From NCBI RefSeq assembly GCF_036365525.1, contig NC_090395.1, positions 65,869,326-65,933,325 on the forward strand: DNA of 64,000 nucleotides. The letters run 5' to 3'. Below the pieces are notes generated by a model that did no database searches, was not told the origin of the DNA, and saw only the letters and a program-made list of their open reading frames with translations. How positions within the stretch are numbered: the stretch's first letter is position 1; every line of letters starts with the position of its first letter. Below, piece after piece: positions 11,820 through 24,269 of the stretch. The DNA comes from Heterodontus francisci. Its lineage: Eukaryota. The translations under genes and the position numbers were made by a program.

Positions 11820-13308
11820 CCATATATTCACCATAAGTGCTAATATCATTGTTGTGTATTCAGATAATGAAGGAGTCCATACCCGTATGCAGCATAACCC
11901 GGATAATAATCAGGCTTGGGCTGCTAAGTGACAAGTAGCATTCACACCACACAAGTACCAGACAATGAACATCTCCAACAAGAAATAATCTAACTACCTC
12001 TCCTTGGCAATCAACAACATTAACATCGCCAAACTCCCACAGTTCCCCCTCCCCAACCGCCATCAACAAACTGAGGGTCACCACTGACCAGTGTCAAGCA
12101 AACCCCCACCTACCCAGACTGAGGCACACATTATTTCGACACATGAACATTAAAACTTAAAGTTGCAAGCCCTGACTGGAAGGACATTTGCATAGTACTA
12201 GCAGTGTTGGAACAATGGGGACCCAGTCGTTGCTTCCAGAAGAAGTGGTCAGACCAGTTTCAGTCACATGACTAACTGGCTGTTGCAGAGAATTTGAACT
12301 TCCAACAAAGGATTTTGATCAGAGACAAAGCCATGTGCTCATGAAGCAAAGCTCTCTCCTGGAACCAAAGTAAGAAGACCTCTCTCCTGCCTGCTCCCAT
12401 CTCCTTCCCATGAAACTGAATCTTGTGAAAACACGTGAAACTCAAAGAGAGAAAAGTTTCCTATGTGAACAAGGTTTTAAGAAGACAACTGGGCCCCAAC
12501 AAAAAGCAAGACTACTTACAAAAGGACTACAGTGAGCTTGAAGTATCATAACAAGATATTGCCTCAAACTGTTCCACCTTATCTTTTCTTCTCTTTTCTG
12601 TTCCCCTATCTGCATGTGTATATCATGTGTGCATGCTAGCGTGGGCACGTTGTATATCCGTAGGCGTGAACCGTATTAGAGTTTAAGTTTTAATAAAATT
12701 TCATCTTTCTTCTTTAAACCTGAGAAAGCCTGTGTGAATTGGTTTATTTGTCTTATAATTGGAAAACTGTGAAAAAGGATTCACAAAAAAGGGAGCTCAA
12801 AACACAGTGTGTTTAAAATTAAACGCTGTTACGCTAAGACCAGGGGAAGATAGTAATAGACCCCTAGACACATTTCTCACCTGGTCATAACACCAGAAAC
12901 TTAACTGGCCCAGCCACATAAATACTGTGGCTGCAAGAGCAGGTCAGAGGTGGGCTAATCTGTGGTGAGTGACTCACCTCCTGACTCCCCAAAGCCTGTC
13001 GGCCATCTACAAAGTAAGAGTCAGCAGTGTGATGGAATACTCTCCACTTGCCTGGATGAGTGCAACTTCAACAACACTCACAAAGCTCAACATCATTCAG
13101 GTCAAAGCAACCCGCTTGATTGGCATCCCATCTATCAAGAATGCATAGTGGCAGCAGTGTGTACCATCCACAGGATGCACTGCAGCAACTTTCCAAGGCT
13201 TCTTTGACAAAACCTTCCAAACCCATGGCCTCTGCCACTTAGAAGAGCAAGGACAGCAGGTGCATGGGAACACCACCAAGTTTCCCTTCAAGTCACACAC
13301 CATCCTAA
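11820..13308 (+). mobile_element. Fragment of the same LINE family, split by a solo LTR
   Basis: Sequence matches 8250-8830 on both sides of 12092-12892 (accactgaccag|...|ccagaaacttaactgg). Confidence 0.8.
12092..12892. mobile_element. Solo LTR (801 bp), Gypsy-like
   Basis: TG...CA termini (TGTCAAG...CATAACA) with an exact 4-bp TSD, CCAG, at 12088-12091 and 12893-12896. Confidence 0.82.
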
Positions 13309-13439
13309 CACATTTAATCTCATCAAAATTGATTTTAATGGTGTAAATATGCCAGTAAATAGGTACAAATGATTGGTTTTATTTTAGTGTTCAGTTGATG
13401 AGAGATAAAACAAATGATTCAAAGGTAAAGAACACTTAC

Positions 13440-13760
13440 CAGTCTTGTTGATCTCCACCAAAAATCTACAGTCCTTCTCTGCTGCCTTTACGAGTGATAC
13501 TTTAAGCATTTCACTCGATGTTGTGCCTTTATTGTTTGAGGCAGTGCAGTAATATTGCTGATCCTCAGAGATATGCTTGCAGTATAGATGCAGGTTATTT
13601 GATTGAGAAATCTTGGAATCGGTGCTTTGCATCTTTTTATACCAAGCATAAGTGATAGGGAGGGACCCTTTGAGTGATTCACACAAGACTGACACTGGGC
13701 CTCCAATGCACGAAACATTTGACGGACGCACAAATTTAAGAAGTGGCTCAGATACGATTA
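13440..13760 (-). CDS. Ig-superfamily receptor exon 3: C2/I-type (FcR-like) Ig domain
   Basis: Acceptor ccccacag; 321 nt, phase 1-1; donor GTAAGT. Reads VSEPLL..GGPVSVLCESLKGSLPITYAWY...QYYCTASN; the GSLPITYxW motif resembles FCRL/PECAM-type domains. Confidence 0.9.
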
Positions 13761-14419
13761 CTGTGGGGTGGGGAAGAATAAAAAGTCTATTAGACAACAA
13801 TGGAAACTGGCAATGAGTGAGTGGGTTAATTTCCTGCATCATAAAATATATCTGTCTGTTTGAGCTGATCATTTTTCTTGAAATAAAAAAATTGCCCATT
13901 CAAATTTTACCTTTTTTAAAAAATTTCTGTGCAATTGTTGATTAGGGCACAATATTCATCATCTCATCAGTTTTAACTTGAAACTGCTTCTTTATCATAA
14001 TCTGTCTGCCCCAAAGTCTCAAAATGCCCTCTGCCCAAGTCCTTTAAATATGAACCCAGTGGCATTTCAGATAGGCGCCTTACTGCTCCACCCAGGGGCA
14101 GTCTGGCAGAAAACCTTTCTGGCTGTTCCCTGACTGGAAGGCCTATCTTCAAATGACAATCCATTTCCTTGGAGTGATAATTATTTGAATGTGGTGCTGG
14201 GCTCACATACAGCCCTGTACATTCGCTTTGTCAGGCATACTCACTGGCTGTAAAGGATGCTTAACTGGCGGGATTTCCTAGCGATCCTAACATGCCCAAA
14301 AAGTGACATTGGAACAGAGGGAGGGTGAAAAAAAACAACTGTCCCTCCCCCATTGGTATCGCTGCAGCTCCCACACCCCACCCCTCCCCAAATACTGCAG
14401 CAAGAGAAACCCCAAAGAA

Positions 14420-14790
14420 ATACACACCCTACATCCTTTCTGTAATACGGATACCAAAACTGAACAGAGTACTCCAGGTATAGCTTCACCAAGGCCAGAT
14501 ACAACTTCAACATAACCTCTTTTTAACTTATAAATCACATCCATAACCACACATCCCAGCATTTTATTTGTTTTCTTAACCACCTGTGAACACTAAACTG
14601 ACCATTTCATCCATGAAACACCCCAGAGCTTTTTCTTGCTCTATAATTTAATCATATACTCCACATTATTGCTTCTTTAACTTAATCTCATGACTTTACA
14701 TTTATTCATGATGAATTCTATCTGCTGCTTCTCTGTACTTTGACCTGACTGTCCAGGCCCTCTGGATATCTTGGACAATATTCTGTCCTT
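14420..14790 (-). mobile_element. Decayed CR1 fragment in intron 2 of the Ig receptor
   Basis: LYLALVKLYLEYSVQFWYPYYRKD motif. Confidence 0.7.
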
Positions 14791-14860
14791 TAAGTGAAAG
14801 CAATCAAAAACAAATGTTGGTAGTATAGTATAATAAGAATAAATGGCTAAGAGAAAACAC

Positions 14861-15181
14861 CGTCAGATATTTGTAGATATACAGCAAACATTGGATCGAA
14901 TCCAGTCCTCTTGATACCACAGTTGTACCATCCTGTATCTGCTGAAGTAAGATTCTTCATAGTAACAGCAAATATTCCTTGTGTCGTGTAATCTTTAATT
15001 GATACTCTTCCTTGCCACCCAATCTGCATATTGGTATCAACTACTGTCGTACAACTAGTGCGATACCACTTATGGCACCAGTATTTCCTGTATGATTCAT
15101 ATCTCTGTTTGTCGTAATAGCAGTATATTGTAACTGTTCTTCCCACAACTCCTGTTGCATTTTCTTCTGCCCACAAGGCAC
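14861..15181 (-). CDS. Ig-superfamily receptor exon 2: V-set domain of CD300/pIgR type
   Basis: Acceptor ttagtttcag; 321 nt, phase 1-1; donor GTGTTT. Reads GRTVTIYCYY..KYWC..SC..GRVSIKD...FAVTMKNLTSADTGWYNCG. Canonical B/F-strand Cys plus the extra C-C' Cys pair typical of CD300/TREM/pIgR V domains. Confidence 0.93.
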
Positions 15182-15934
15182 CTGAAACTAAGAAGATATT
15201 ATTTCAGGAATTAGATTTATTAATTGATTCCTTAATGCATGCTAATATCTTGTCAATTGATATATCGGCCTATCATATTAAATGTCTTGCATCTATTTGT
15301 GCTTCCTATTTGTCACATTTATGTCCCATTGTTATGCTTACACTGTAATATTTTGTTGATTGGCTTAAAGTAGAACAGCAAAAAATAAGAATTGAAGAAG
15401 TGGAGAATGCATGAATAAAAGCAAGGTAAGTGGCTAGAAAAATGCCAATGAGTAACCAGTAAAGATTTAAAGAACCATAAAAGAAACAGCGCAGAAAAGG
15501 GCTATTTGTTCCATCATGCTTGCATTCCTCTTTGCTAAAGAAATCCAAAATCAATTTCCCTGCTGTCTCCCCATAGCCTTCCATCGTCTTCGGTTTCAAA
15601 TATTTAACCAATTTCTGGCTTAGACACTACTAATGCAAAGCACTCCATGTTCCAACAACCCTCTGTGCAAATGGTACATCTCATTCTCTAACTGTGGCTG
15701 AACAAATGTTTTGCATAAATTAATCAATACTTCATTGTGATTTATAAAGCCTAAAATTCTATTAGTATTTTTTATGTTCCTCACTCATACATTCAGGGAA
15801 CTGTGTGTTTGATCCCCAGCCTTATTAAATTGTCTTAAAGTGCCATATAAAACAATGTTGGAAAATATTCAGATTTTTTAAAAATCAAAATGTACCATCT
15901 TGTATTTACTGGCTTTATAGGATCATAGGAATCT

Positions 15935-18140
15935 TAAGAAATAGGAGCAGGAGTAGGCCATTCAGCCCATCGAGCCTGCTCTGCCATTCAAACAGATCAT
16001 GGCTGATCATCTACTTCTACGCCATTTTTCCCCACTATCCCCATATCCCTTGATATCGTTAGTATTCAGAAATCCATCGATTTCTGTCTTGAACATGCTC
16101 AATGATTGATCTTCCACAGCCCTCTGGGGTAGAGAATTCCATAGATTCATCACTCTCTGAGTAAAGAAATTCCTCCTCATCTCAGTCTCAAATGGCCTGC
16201 TCCTTATTCTGAGACTGTGTCCCCTTGTTCTAGACTCACCAGCCAGAGGAAACATCCTATCCACATCTACCCTGTCACACCCTGTAAGAATGTTGTAAGT
16301 TTCAATGAGATCACCTTTCATTCTTCGAAACTCTCGAGAATACAGGCCCAATTTCTGCAATCTCTCCTCATAAGACAATCCCGCCATCCCAGGGATTAGT
16401 CTGGTGAACCTCCGTTGCACTCCCTCTATGGCACGTACATCCTTCCTTAGATAAGGAGACCAAAACTGTACACAATACGACAGGTGCGGTCTCACCAAGG
16501 CTTTATACAATTGAAGCAATACATATTTACTCTTGTACTCAAATTCCCTTGCAATGAAGGCCAACATACTATTTGCCTCTTAACTGCTTGATGCACCTGC
16601 ATACTAGATTTCAGTGACTCATGAACAAGGACACCCAGGTCTCTTTGGACATCAACACTTCCCAACCTCTCTCCATTTAAGAAATACTCTGCCTTTCTGT
16701 TTTTTCTACCAAAGTGAATCAATTCACACATATTCACATTATATGCCATCTGCCATGTTCTTGCGCATTCACTTAGCCTGTCCAAATCCCCTTGAAGCCT
16801 CCTTGCATTCTCCTCACAACTTACATTCCCTTCTAGTTCTGTGTCATCCACAAACTTGAAATTATTACAATTGGTCCCCATATCCAAATCATTTATATAG
16901 ATTGTAAACAGCTGTGTCCCAAGCACTGATCCTTGCAGTACCCCACTAGTAACAGCCTGTCATCCTGAGAATGACCCATTTGTTCCTGCTCTCTGTTTTC
17001 TGTCTGTTAACCAATTCTCAATCCATTGCAGTATATTACCCCAATCCCATGTGCTCCAATTTTTGTTTACTATGCTACAAGTAACATCCTCAAAAAACTC
17101 CCAACAGGCTTGTCAAACATGATTTTCCTTTCACAAATCCATGTTGACTCTCCCCAATCATATCATTATTTTCCAAATGTCCAGTGATTTCATCCTTTAT
17201 AATAGATTCTCACATTTTCCCGACTACTGATGTCAAACTAACAGGTCTGCAGTTCTCTGTTTTCTCTCTCGTTCCCTTCTTAAATAGTGGGGTTGCATTT
17301 GCTACTTTCCAGTCTGCAGGAACCCTTCCAGAATCTGTAGAATTTTGAAAGATAATCACCAATGCATCCACTATCTCTATAGCCACCTCTTTCAATACTC
17401 TGGGATGTAGCTCATCTGGTCCAGGGGATTTATCAACTTTCAATCAAATTAATTTTCCAAGTACTACCTCTTTATTGATACTAATTTCGTTCAGTTCCTC
17501 ATTTTTACAAGTCTGTTAGTTCCCTAGTATTTCTGGGAGATTTTCTGTGTCTTCCTCCATGAAGACAGACACAAAGTAATTATTTAGTCTCTCTGACATT
17601 TCCTCATTCTCCACCACAAACTCTCCTGTCTCCGCCTGTAATGGACCTACATTCGTCCTTGCTAATCTTTTCCTTTTCACATACCGAAAGAAGCTTTTAC
17701 AGTCCAAGTTTATATTTCTAGTTATCTTAGATTCATAATCCCTTTTCCCTTTCTTTATCAGTTTCTTGGTCCTCCTCTGTGGGAATCCAAATTGCTCCCA
17801 ATCCCCGTGCTCACCACTTTTTCTGGTGACCTTTTTCCTTTGATCTAATGCAATCCTTAACTTCTTTTGTTAGCCACGGTTGATTCATCTTTCCTGTTGG
17901 GTTTTTGTTTCTGAGAGGAATGTATATTTGTTGTAAACTGTGTAATAGTTCTTTAACTACTAGCCATTACTTGTCAAATCTTTTAATGTATTTTCCCAAT
18001 CCACTATAGCCAACTTGTCCCTCATACCTTCATAGTTTCCTTCGTTTAAGACCCTAGTTTCAGATGAACTACATCTCTTTCAAACTTAATATAGAATTCT
18101 ATCATATTGTGGTAACTATTTCCTAATGGCTGCTTTACAT
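15935..18140 (-). mobile_element. CR1 LINE (HER1-like), decayed
   Basis: RT ORF pieces ([48 protein letters not shown]) and a CR1 3' end. Confidence 0.92.
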
Positions 18141-18629
18141 CAAGGTTAAATTTCATCGCCTGCACTATTTGTTCCTTTTTATCAATATCTGCTTGCACCA
18201 AAAGCAGGTAAGGATTGCATTAGGTCAAAGGAAGTGGCTTTTAAGGTCACCAGAAAAAGTGCTAAGCTCGAGGATTGGGAGCAACTTAGAGTCCAAAAAA
18301 AGAGGACCAAGAAACTGATAAAGAAAGGGAAAGGGATTATGAATTATTTTCTATGCCTCCAATTTTAGCATCCTCTGTAAATCTGGACATCATTCTTTGT
18401 TGCCTAAGTCCAAATTAATAATGTACACAGTGAATCCCAGAAATGAATCCCATGGGACACCACTACCCATTTCAAAGCATTCTGCATTTAGCTTCTACCA
18501 CGTTTCTTCCCTCCTAAGCAGTTTTTAACCTACTATGCTACCCTCTAATAGTTGTAGCTATCTTTCCCTCACTGCATTGCCATCATATGTTCTCACCCCC
18601 TTTTAAGGAATGCCTGGGTTGGAGTCCAT

Positions 18630-19369
18630 GGCTGGAATTTTCCGTTGGGCGAGAGGCCCCATCCACCGGCCAAAATGTTGCTGGCGAGCCTGGCTCCACC
18701 GGGCCTGGGGAGCCAGACCGGGATTTTGCGCTCCCCAGGCCTTTAATTGGTCTTTGGTGGGACTTCCACCTCCTTGAGGCAGGAAGTCCAACCTAATGGA
18801 GCTGCCGGCCAATCAGCAGGCTGGCAGTTCTTAGTCCCAGCAGCTCCACTGGGAGCGGTGGCCACTGCCAGGACTACACCCAGCCATTGGAGGCAAAAAG
18901 AAGGATAGGCCCGGAAAAAAAGGTAAGTTTTTAGGGCCTCCCCGGGGACAATCGGTCGGGCCCCAGCAAGGCAAGGGGGGTTGGTTAGGGGGGCGGGGGC
19001 GTGTTGTGCATTGGGGAAGTTGGGGCTTCCGAGGCAGCCCTCCATGGGGCACAGGATGCCCTATAAGGAGGGCCCCCCACCAGCCCGCAGGAAGGCCGCC
19101 TGGTTTTACGAGGCGGGATTTTTGAGGCCTTAGCCGCCTGCCGGCCAAGGGGAAATTACCCATGGCGGCAGGCGGAGGCCCTTAAGTGCCGGATAATTGG
19201 CCACTTAAGGCCCTTGATTGCCATGGGGAAAGCAGGCTGTTTGTTGCTGCCCCGTGTAAAATTGCCACCACCATCCCCCCACCACTGCGCGCCCCACCCC
19301 CACCCCCACCACCACCCCCGCCTCCATAGCCACCAGCCTGCTTGTTTGGGGGATGTAAAATTCCAACCC
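18630..19369. mobile_element. GC-rich MITE (PIF/Harbinger-type TIRs)
   Basis: Imperfect TIRs GGCTGGAATTTT...AAAATTCCAACC; non-coding; internal motifs shared with the copies at 383, 10774 and 32655. Confidence 0.75.
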
Positions 19370-20204
19370 ATATGACAGCACATGGAGTGCCTTCATTCTC
19401 TCAACTGTCTTAAAGAGAAAATGCGCATAACCAAAGTACCACCTCAATCACCCAAGGTTCCTGCTGCAAATTGTCAGCCCAACACCTCAGAACCTCTTGC
19501 CAGAGAAATAGAAGGGTGGGGAATTGAAATGGTACAGTGGTCTTAACAGTGCCAGTGGGATAATGTTGTCACCGATGTGATATGTGTGGAATGATTTGAG
19601 GCAAGGGAGAGGAATGCCTGCACAAAAGGCAGAGCAGCATGATTTCTAAAAAGAAACCTTGGCAGCTGTGGAGGAAAGCTACATGTTAACACATAACTGA
19701 GTTAATTGGCCAAGGGTGGAGTTTTTTTTGGTAAGGCTCAGCTGATAGCCAGCTCAGATCTTGGTTGAAAGTCTCCCTTATGCTGTGCCCTTGGTTGTCT
19801 GGCAGCTGGCACAAGTTAATCAGTGCTTAATGAGGGAGGCAAAATGTGTATCATGGCTTAATGGGTAAGAGTGAGGTTTCCCTTGTTTGGACTGCAGATA
19901 TGGAGACAATAGTTCCAGCAGGCAGGAACAAGAGTTGTAAAATTTCTCTGTTTATCCTGGGATGTCTTTAGTGGATTCCCTGATGCACCTCTTCCTCCTC
20001 CTCAAAGCAGAGAAATGCAGAAGGCTTAAGGAGAAACCATTGGTATCCAAGGACCATTTTCCAGAACTAAACTTAAAAAATCTAAAAAACTTAAAAAACC
20101 TTTTCAAATACTTTTAAAATTTATATATATTATATATAGTTACACTTAAAAAACTCTTTAAAAATTAAATATACTTAATAAATCTGTAAATCCTATTCTA
20201 AATA

Positions 20205-22930
20205 AACATAAAGTCATAAGGTCATAAGAACTAGGAGCAGGAGTAGGCAATTCAGCCCCTCGAGCCTGCTCCGCCATTCAATACAATCATGGCTGATCTT
20301 ACCTCGGCCTCAACTCCACTTTCCTGCCCATTCTCCATAACCCTTCAACCCTTTACTAATTAAAAATCTGTCTATCTCCTCCTTTAATTTACTCAATATC
20401 CCTACATCCACCGCACTCTGGGGTAGTGAATTCCACAGACTCACAACCCTTTGAGAGAAGTAATTTCTCCTCATCTCTGTTTTAAATCTACAGCCCCTTA
20501 TCCTAAAACTATGACTTCTCGTTCTAGATTGCCTCACAAGAGGAAACATCCTCTCTACATCTACTTTGTCAATCCCCTTAATCATCTTATATACCTCAAT
20601 TAGATCTCCTCTCACTCTTCTAAACTCCAGAGAGTAAAGGCCTAAAGTGCTCAATCTCTCTTCATAAGATAAACCCCTCATCTCTGGAATCAATCTAGTG
20701 AACCTCCTCTGAACTGCCTCCAATGCAACTATATCCCTCCTCAAGTAAGGGGACCAAAACTGTACGCAATACTCCAGGTGCTGTCTCACTAACACCTTGT
20801 ACAGTTGCAGCAACACTTCCCTACTTTTATATTCTGTTCATTTAGCAATAAATGCCAAAATTCCATTTGCCTTCCTTATTACCTTCTGTACCTGCAGACT
20901 AGCTTTCTGCGATTCATGCATGAGGACACCCAGATCCCTCTGCACTGAAGCCTTCTGAAGTTTCTCTCCATTTAGATAATACTTTGCCTTTCTATTCTTC
21001 TGACCCAAGTGGATAACCTCACACTTATCCACGTTAAACTCCATCTGCCAAATTTTGGCCCATTCACCTAACCTACCCATATCCATTTGTAGATTTCTTA
21101 TTTCTTTATTGCAACTTACTATCCCACCTATTTCAGTGTCATCTGCAAATTTGGCTATAGTACCTTCTATCCCTGCATCCAAGTCATTAATATATATTGT
21201 AAATAGTTGTGGCCCAAGGACAGAACCCTGTGGCACCCCACTAGTTACATCTTGCCAACCAGAAAAAGACCCATTTATCCCGACTCTCTGTTTTCTGTTG
21301 GTTAGCCAACCCTCTATCCAAGCTAATAAATTGCCACAACCCCATGTGATTTAACCTTGTGTATTAACCTTTTGTGCGGCACCTTATCAAATGCCTTCTG
21401 GAAGTCCAGATATACTACATCTACAGGATCCCCATTATTCACTTTGCTTGGTACGGCTTCGAAGAACTCTAGCAAATTAGTCAAACTCGATTTACCCTTC
21501 ATAAAACCCTGCTGACTCTGATGGATTGTGTTTTTCTAAATGTCCTGTTATTACTTCCTTAACAATGGATTCTACCAATTTCCCAACAACAGATGTTAAA
21601 CTAACTGGTCTGTACTTTCCTACTTTCTGCCTCCCTCCCTTTTTGAATAAGGGCGTTATATTAGCTTTTTTCCAATCCATTGGAACCTTTCCCGCATCCA
21701 GGGAATTTTGGAATATTATAACCAGTGGATCCACTATCTCCCCTGCCACTTCCTTTAAGACCCTAGGATGTAAGCCACCAGGCCCTGGGGACTTGTCTGC
21801 CTTCAATCCCAATAGTTTGCTCAGTACTTTTTCCCTAGTAATGATGATTTTTCTAAGTTCCTCTCTTTCTATAACCTCTGCATTTCCTGTTACTGTTGGG
21901 ATGGTACTAGTGTCCTCCACTGTAAAAACTGAGGCAAAATACTGATTTAGTGTTTCCGCCATTTCTGTGTTCCCCTCTATTAACTTCCCAGTCTCATCCT
22001 CCAAAGGACCAATATTCACTTCAGCTACTCTCACCTTTTTTATACTTATAGAAGCTTTTGCTATCCATTTTTATATTTTCCTTTAGTTTTCTTTCATAAT
22101 TTACCTTTGCTCTTTTTGTTACTTTTTTAGTAACCCTTTGTTGATCTTTAAAAGTTTCCCAATCTTCCAGCCTGCCACTGGCCTTTGCAATATGGTATGC
22201 CTTAATTTTTGTCTTTATGTTATCCTTAACTTCCTTGCTTAGCCATGGATGTTTTTTCCCCTCTTAGAATCTTTCTTCCTCTCTGGAATATATTTTAGTT
22301 GGGAGGAATTGAATATCTCCTTAGTGTGGGACTCCAGTTTCTCGCCCTCAAACTGAATTTTAAATTTTAACATGCTATGATCACTCTTCCCTAGAGGATC
22401 CTTAACTATGAGATCATTAATTAATCCCACCTCATTACACAATACCAAATGTAGAAAAGCCTGCTCCCTGGTTGGTTCCACAACATATTGCTCCAAAAAA
22501 CAATCTCTAATACCTTCAATGAGCTCTCTCTCGAGGCTACCCTTGCCAATTTGATTAATCCAGTCTATATGCCTATTAAAATCACCCATGATTATTGCAG
22601 TACCTTTCTTACAAGCCCTCAGTATTTCCTGGTTTATACTGTGCTCCACTGCAGAACTACTGTTTGGGGACCTATAGATTACTCCCACCAGGGACTTCTT
22701 TCCCTTGTTATTTCTTATTTCTATCCAGACTGATTCTACGTCTTGATCTCCAGTGCCTATATCGTTTCTCACTACAGCACTGATCTCTTCCTTTACTAAC
22801 AAAGCTACACCTCCTCCTTTTCCTTCCTGCCTATACTTCCAAAATACTGAGTACCCTTGGATATTCAATTCCCAAACCTGGTTTCCCTGCAACCACGCCT
22901 CAGTAATCGCCACTAAATCATACCCATGCT
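20205..22930 (-). mobile_element. CR1 LINE with APE endonuclease and RT, decayed
   Basis: ORFs 22239-22913 (GGGVALL, MGDFN, LGKSDH), 21492-22034, 20838-21236 (PQGSVLGP, FADD) and 20310-20816. Confidence 0.93.
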
Positions 22931-23719
22931 TTCAAATTGTTCCAAGCCCCTTGTGATCTTTAGCTATGAAGACCTCTGGCCCATCACCATGTCCAAACAT
23001 CAGCAGGAAATAGGGGGAGAAAAGGGGTCATTCAGGAGACTTATCTACCCACTCTCATTTGTGTGCAGCTGAATAAGGATGCAGCAGGCGTCAATTGACA
23101 TGCCCAGCACACCTGAGGTAAATGACTGTGTGCATTTTTCAGGATGAGGATCCCATGATAGGCTTCACCTCCTGATTTCTCTGTTGGCCAACCCAGGCGC
23201 ATTTGAAATGGACAGCAAAACTGAAGAAAATCTCAATTTATTCTTCCCCTTAGGCACCCACTCACATTTTAATGCACGCATCTCTTTAAGTTTGATCTGC
23301 TGTCCTTATTTCCATAAACCTCGATGAGAGTGGCACCCTACACTAGACCTCTAAGCTGTACAGGCAGCTATAAATAATTGTTCAGATAAGCTGACCACAG
23401 GAAATTTTGAGTGGTCAGCTTAGTGTGCTGCAGGCCAGCTTTGCAGCAGCAACTAGATGGAAATTATAAGCTTAGCCTGCGCTAGAAACTTAGTACTATA
23501 TTGTTTTAACATGACAAAATTGCTTAACAAGAAGCTAAAAGATTATTTAGATTTCAATAACTGAAATGTTGCTGTGAAACTTGGTATTTTCTGATTACAG
23601 TTGTGTCAATTGACTACATTGGCCGCAAAAGAATATTTTATTTTGTTTTTTTCCTCAGGCTCACTGAATAAAACTGACATTCTGGTGATCGGTTTAACTG
23701 GATTAGAAGTGTTACTTAC

Positions 23720-23759
23720 CCGGCAAAAAACAGATCAGAACAATCAGAAAATGCTGCAT
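23720..23759 (-). CDS. Ig-superfamily receptor (CD300/pIgR/MDIR-like), exon 1: signal peptide
   Basis: ATG at 23759 reads MQHFLIVLICFLP+G (40 nt, phase 1), followed by a consensus donor GTAAGT. It joins in frame to the V exon, giving ...FLPGALWAEE, a typical leader. Confidence 0.85.
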
Positions 23760-24269
23760 TTTCCTCGAGGAAAGCAACGGATGCTTGTTTGCCTTCAGCG
23801 TTTTGGATCAGAGCTGGGGTATGCTTTCCCCTTATGCGATCAGCTTACCACCTCTCTCACTACAAAAACTAGTTATTGACAACTAGCTCGGGCACCTAGC
23901 AGATCAAAGTAAAAATTCATTTAATTAAGATATATTCTTAACATAGAGTGGAGCTTTTGCGTTCTTTACTAACTTGTCGCTGTCTTACTAAGCCGTTTGG
24001 AGATCGATTTGTGTTAGAAGTGTTGGAAATGGCAGGATGCAAGCCTGTCGAGAATAGCAGCCACTCAAATACAAGAGCAGGGCTAAGTTGCTGGCTTCAC
24101 CATCATTTACATATTGTGGGCGTGAACCTGTAGCAGCTTAACAGGGAGAGGGCACTGTTCCAGGAGTTGGGGAGGCTCCTTAAGGTGTATTATGGCTGTG
24201 CAGTCACATCTGTGGGGAAATGGTAAAGTTGCAGGACACTTCAGTTTTCTGATGTCTCCTATATCCAGT

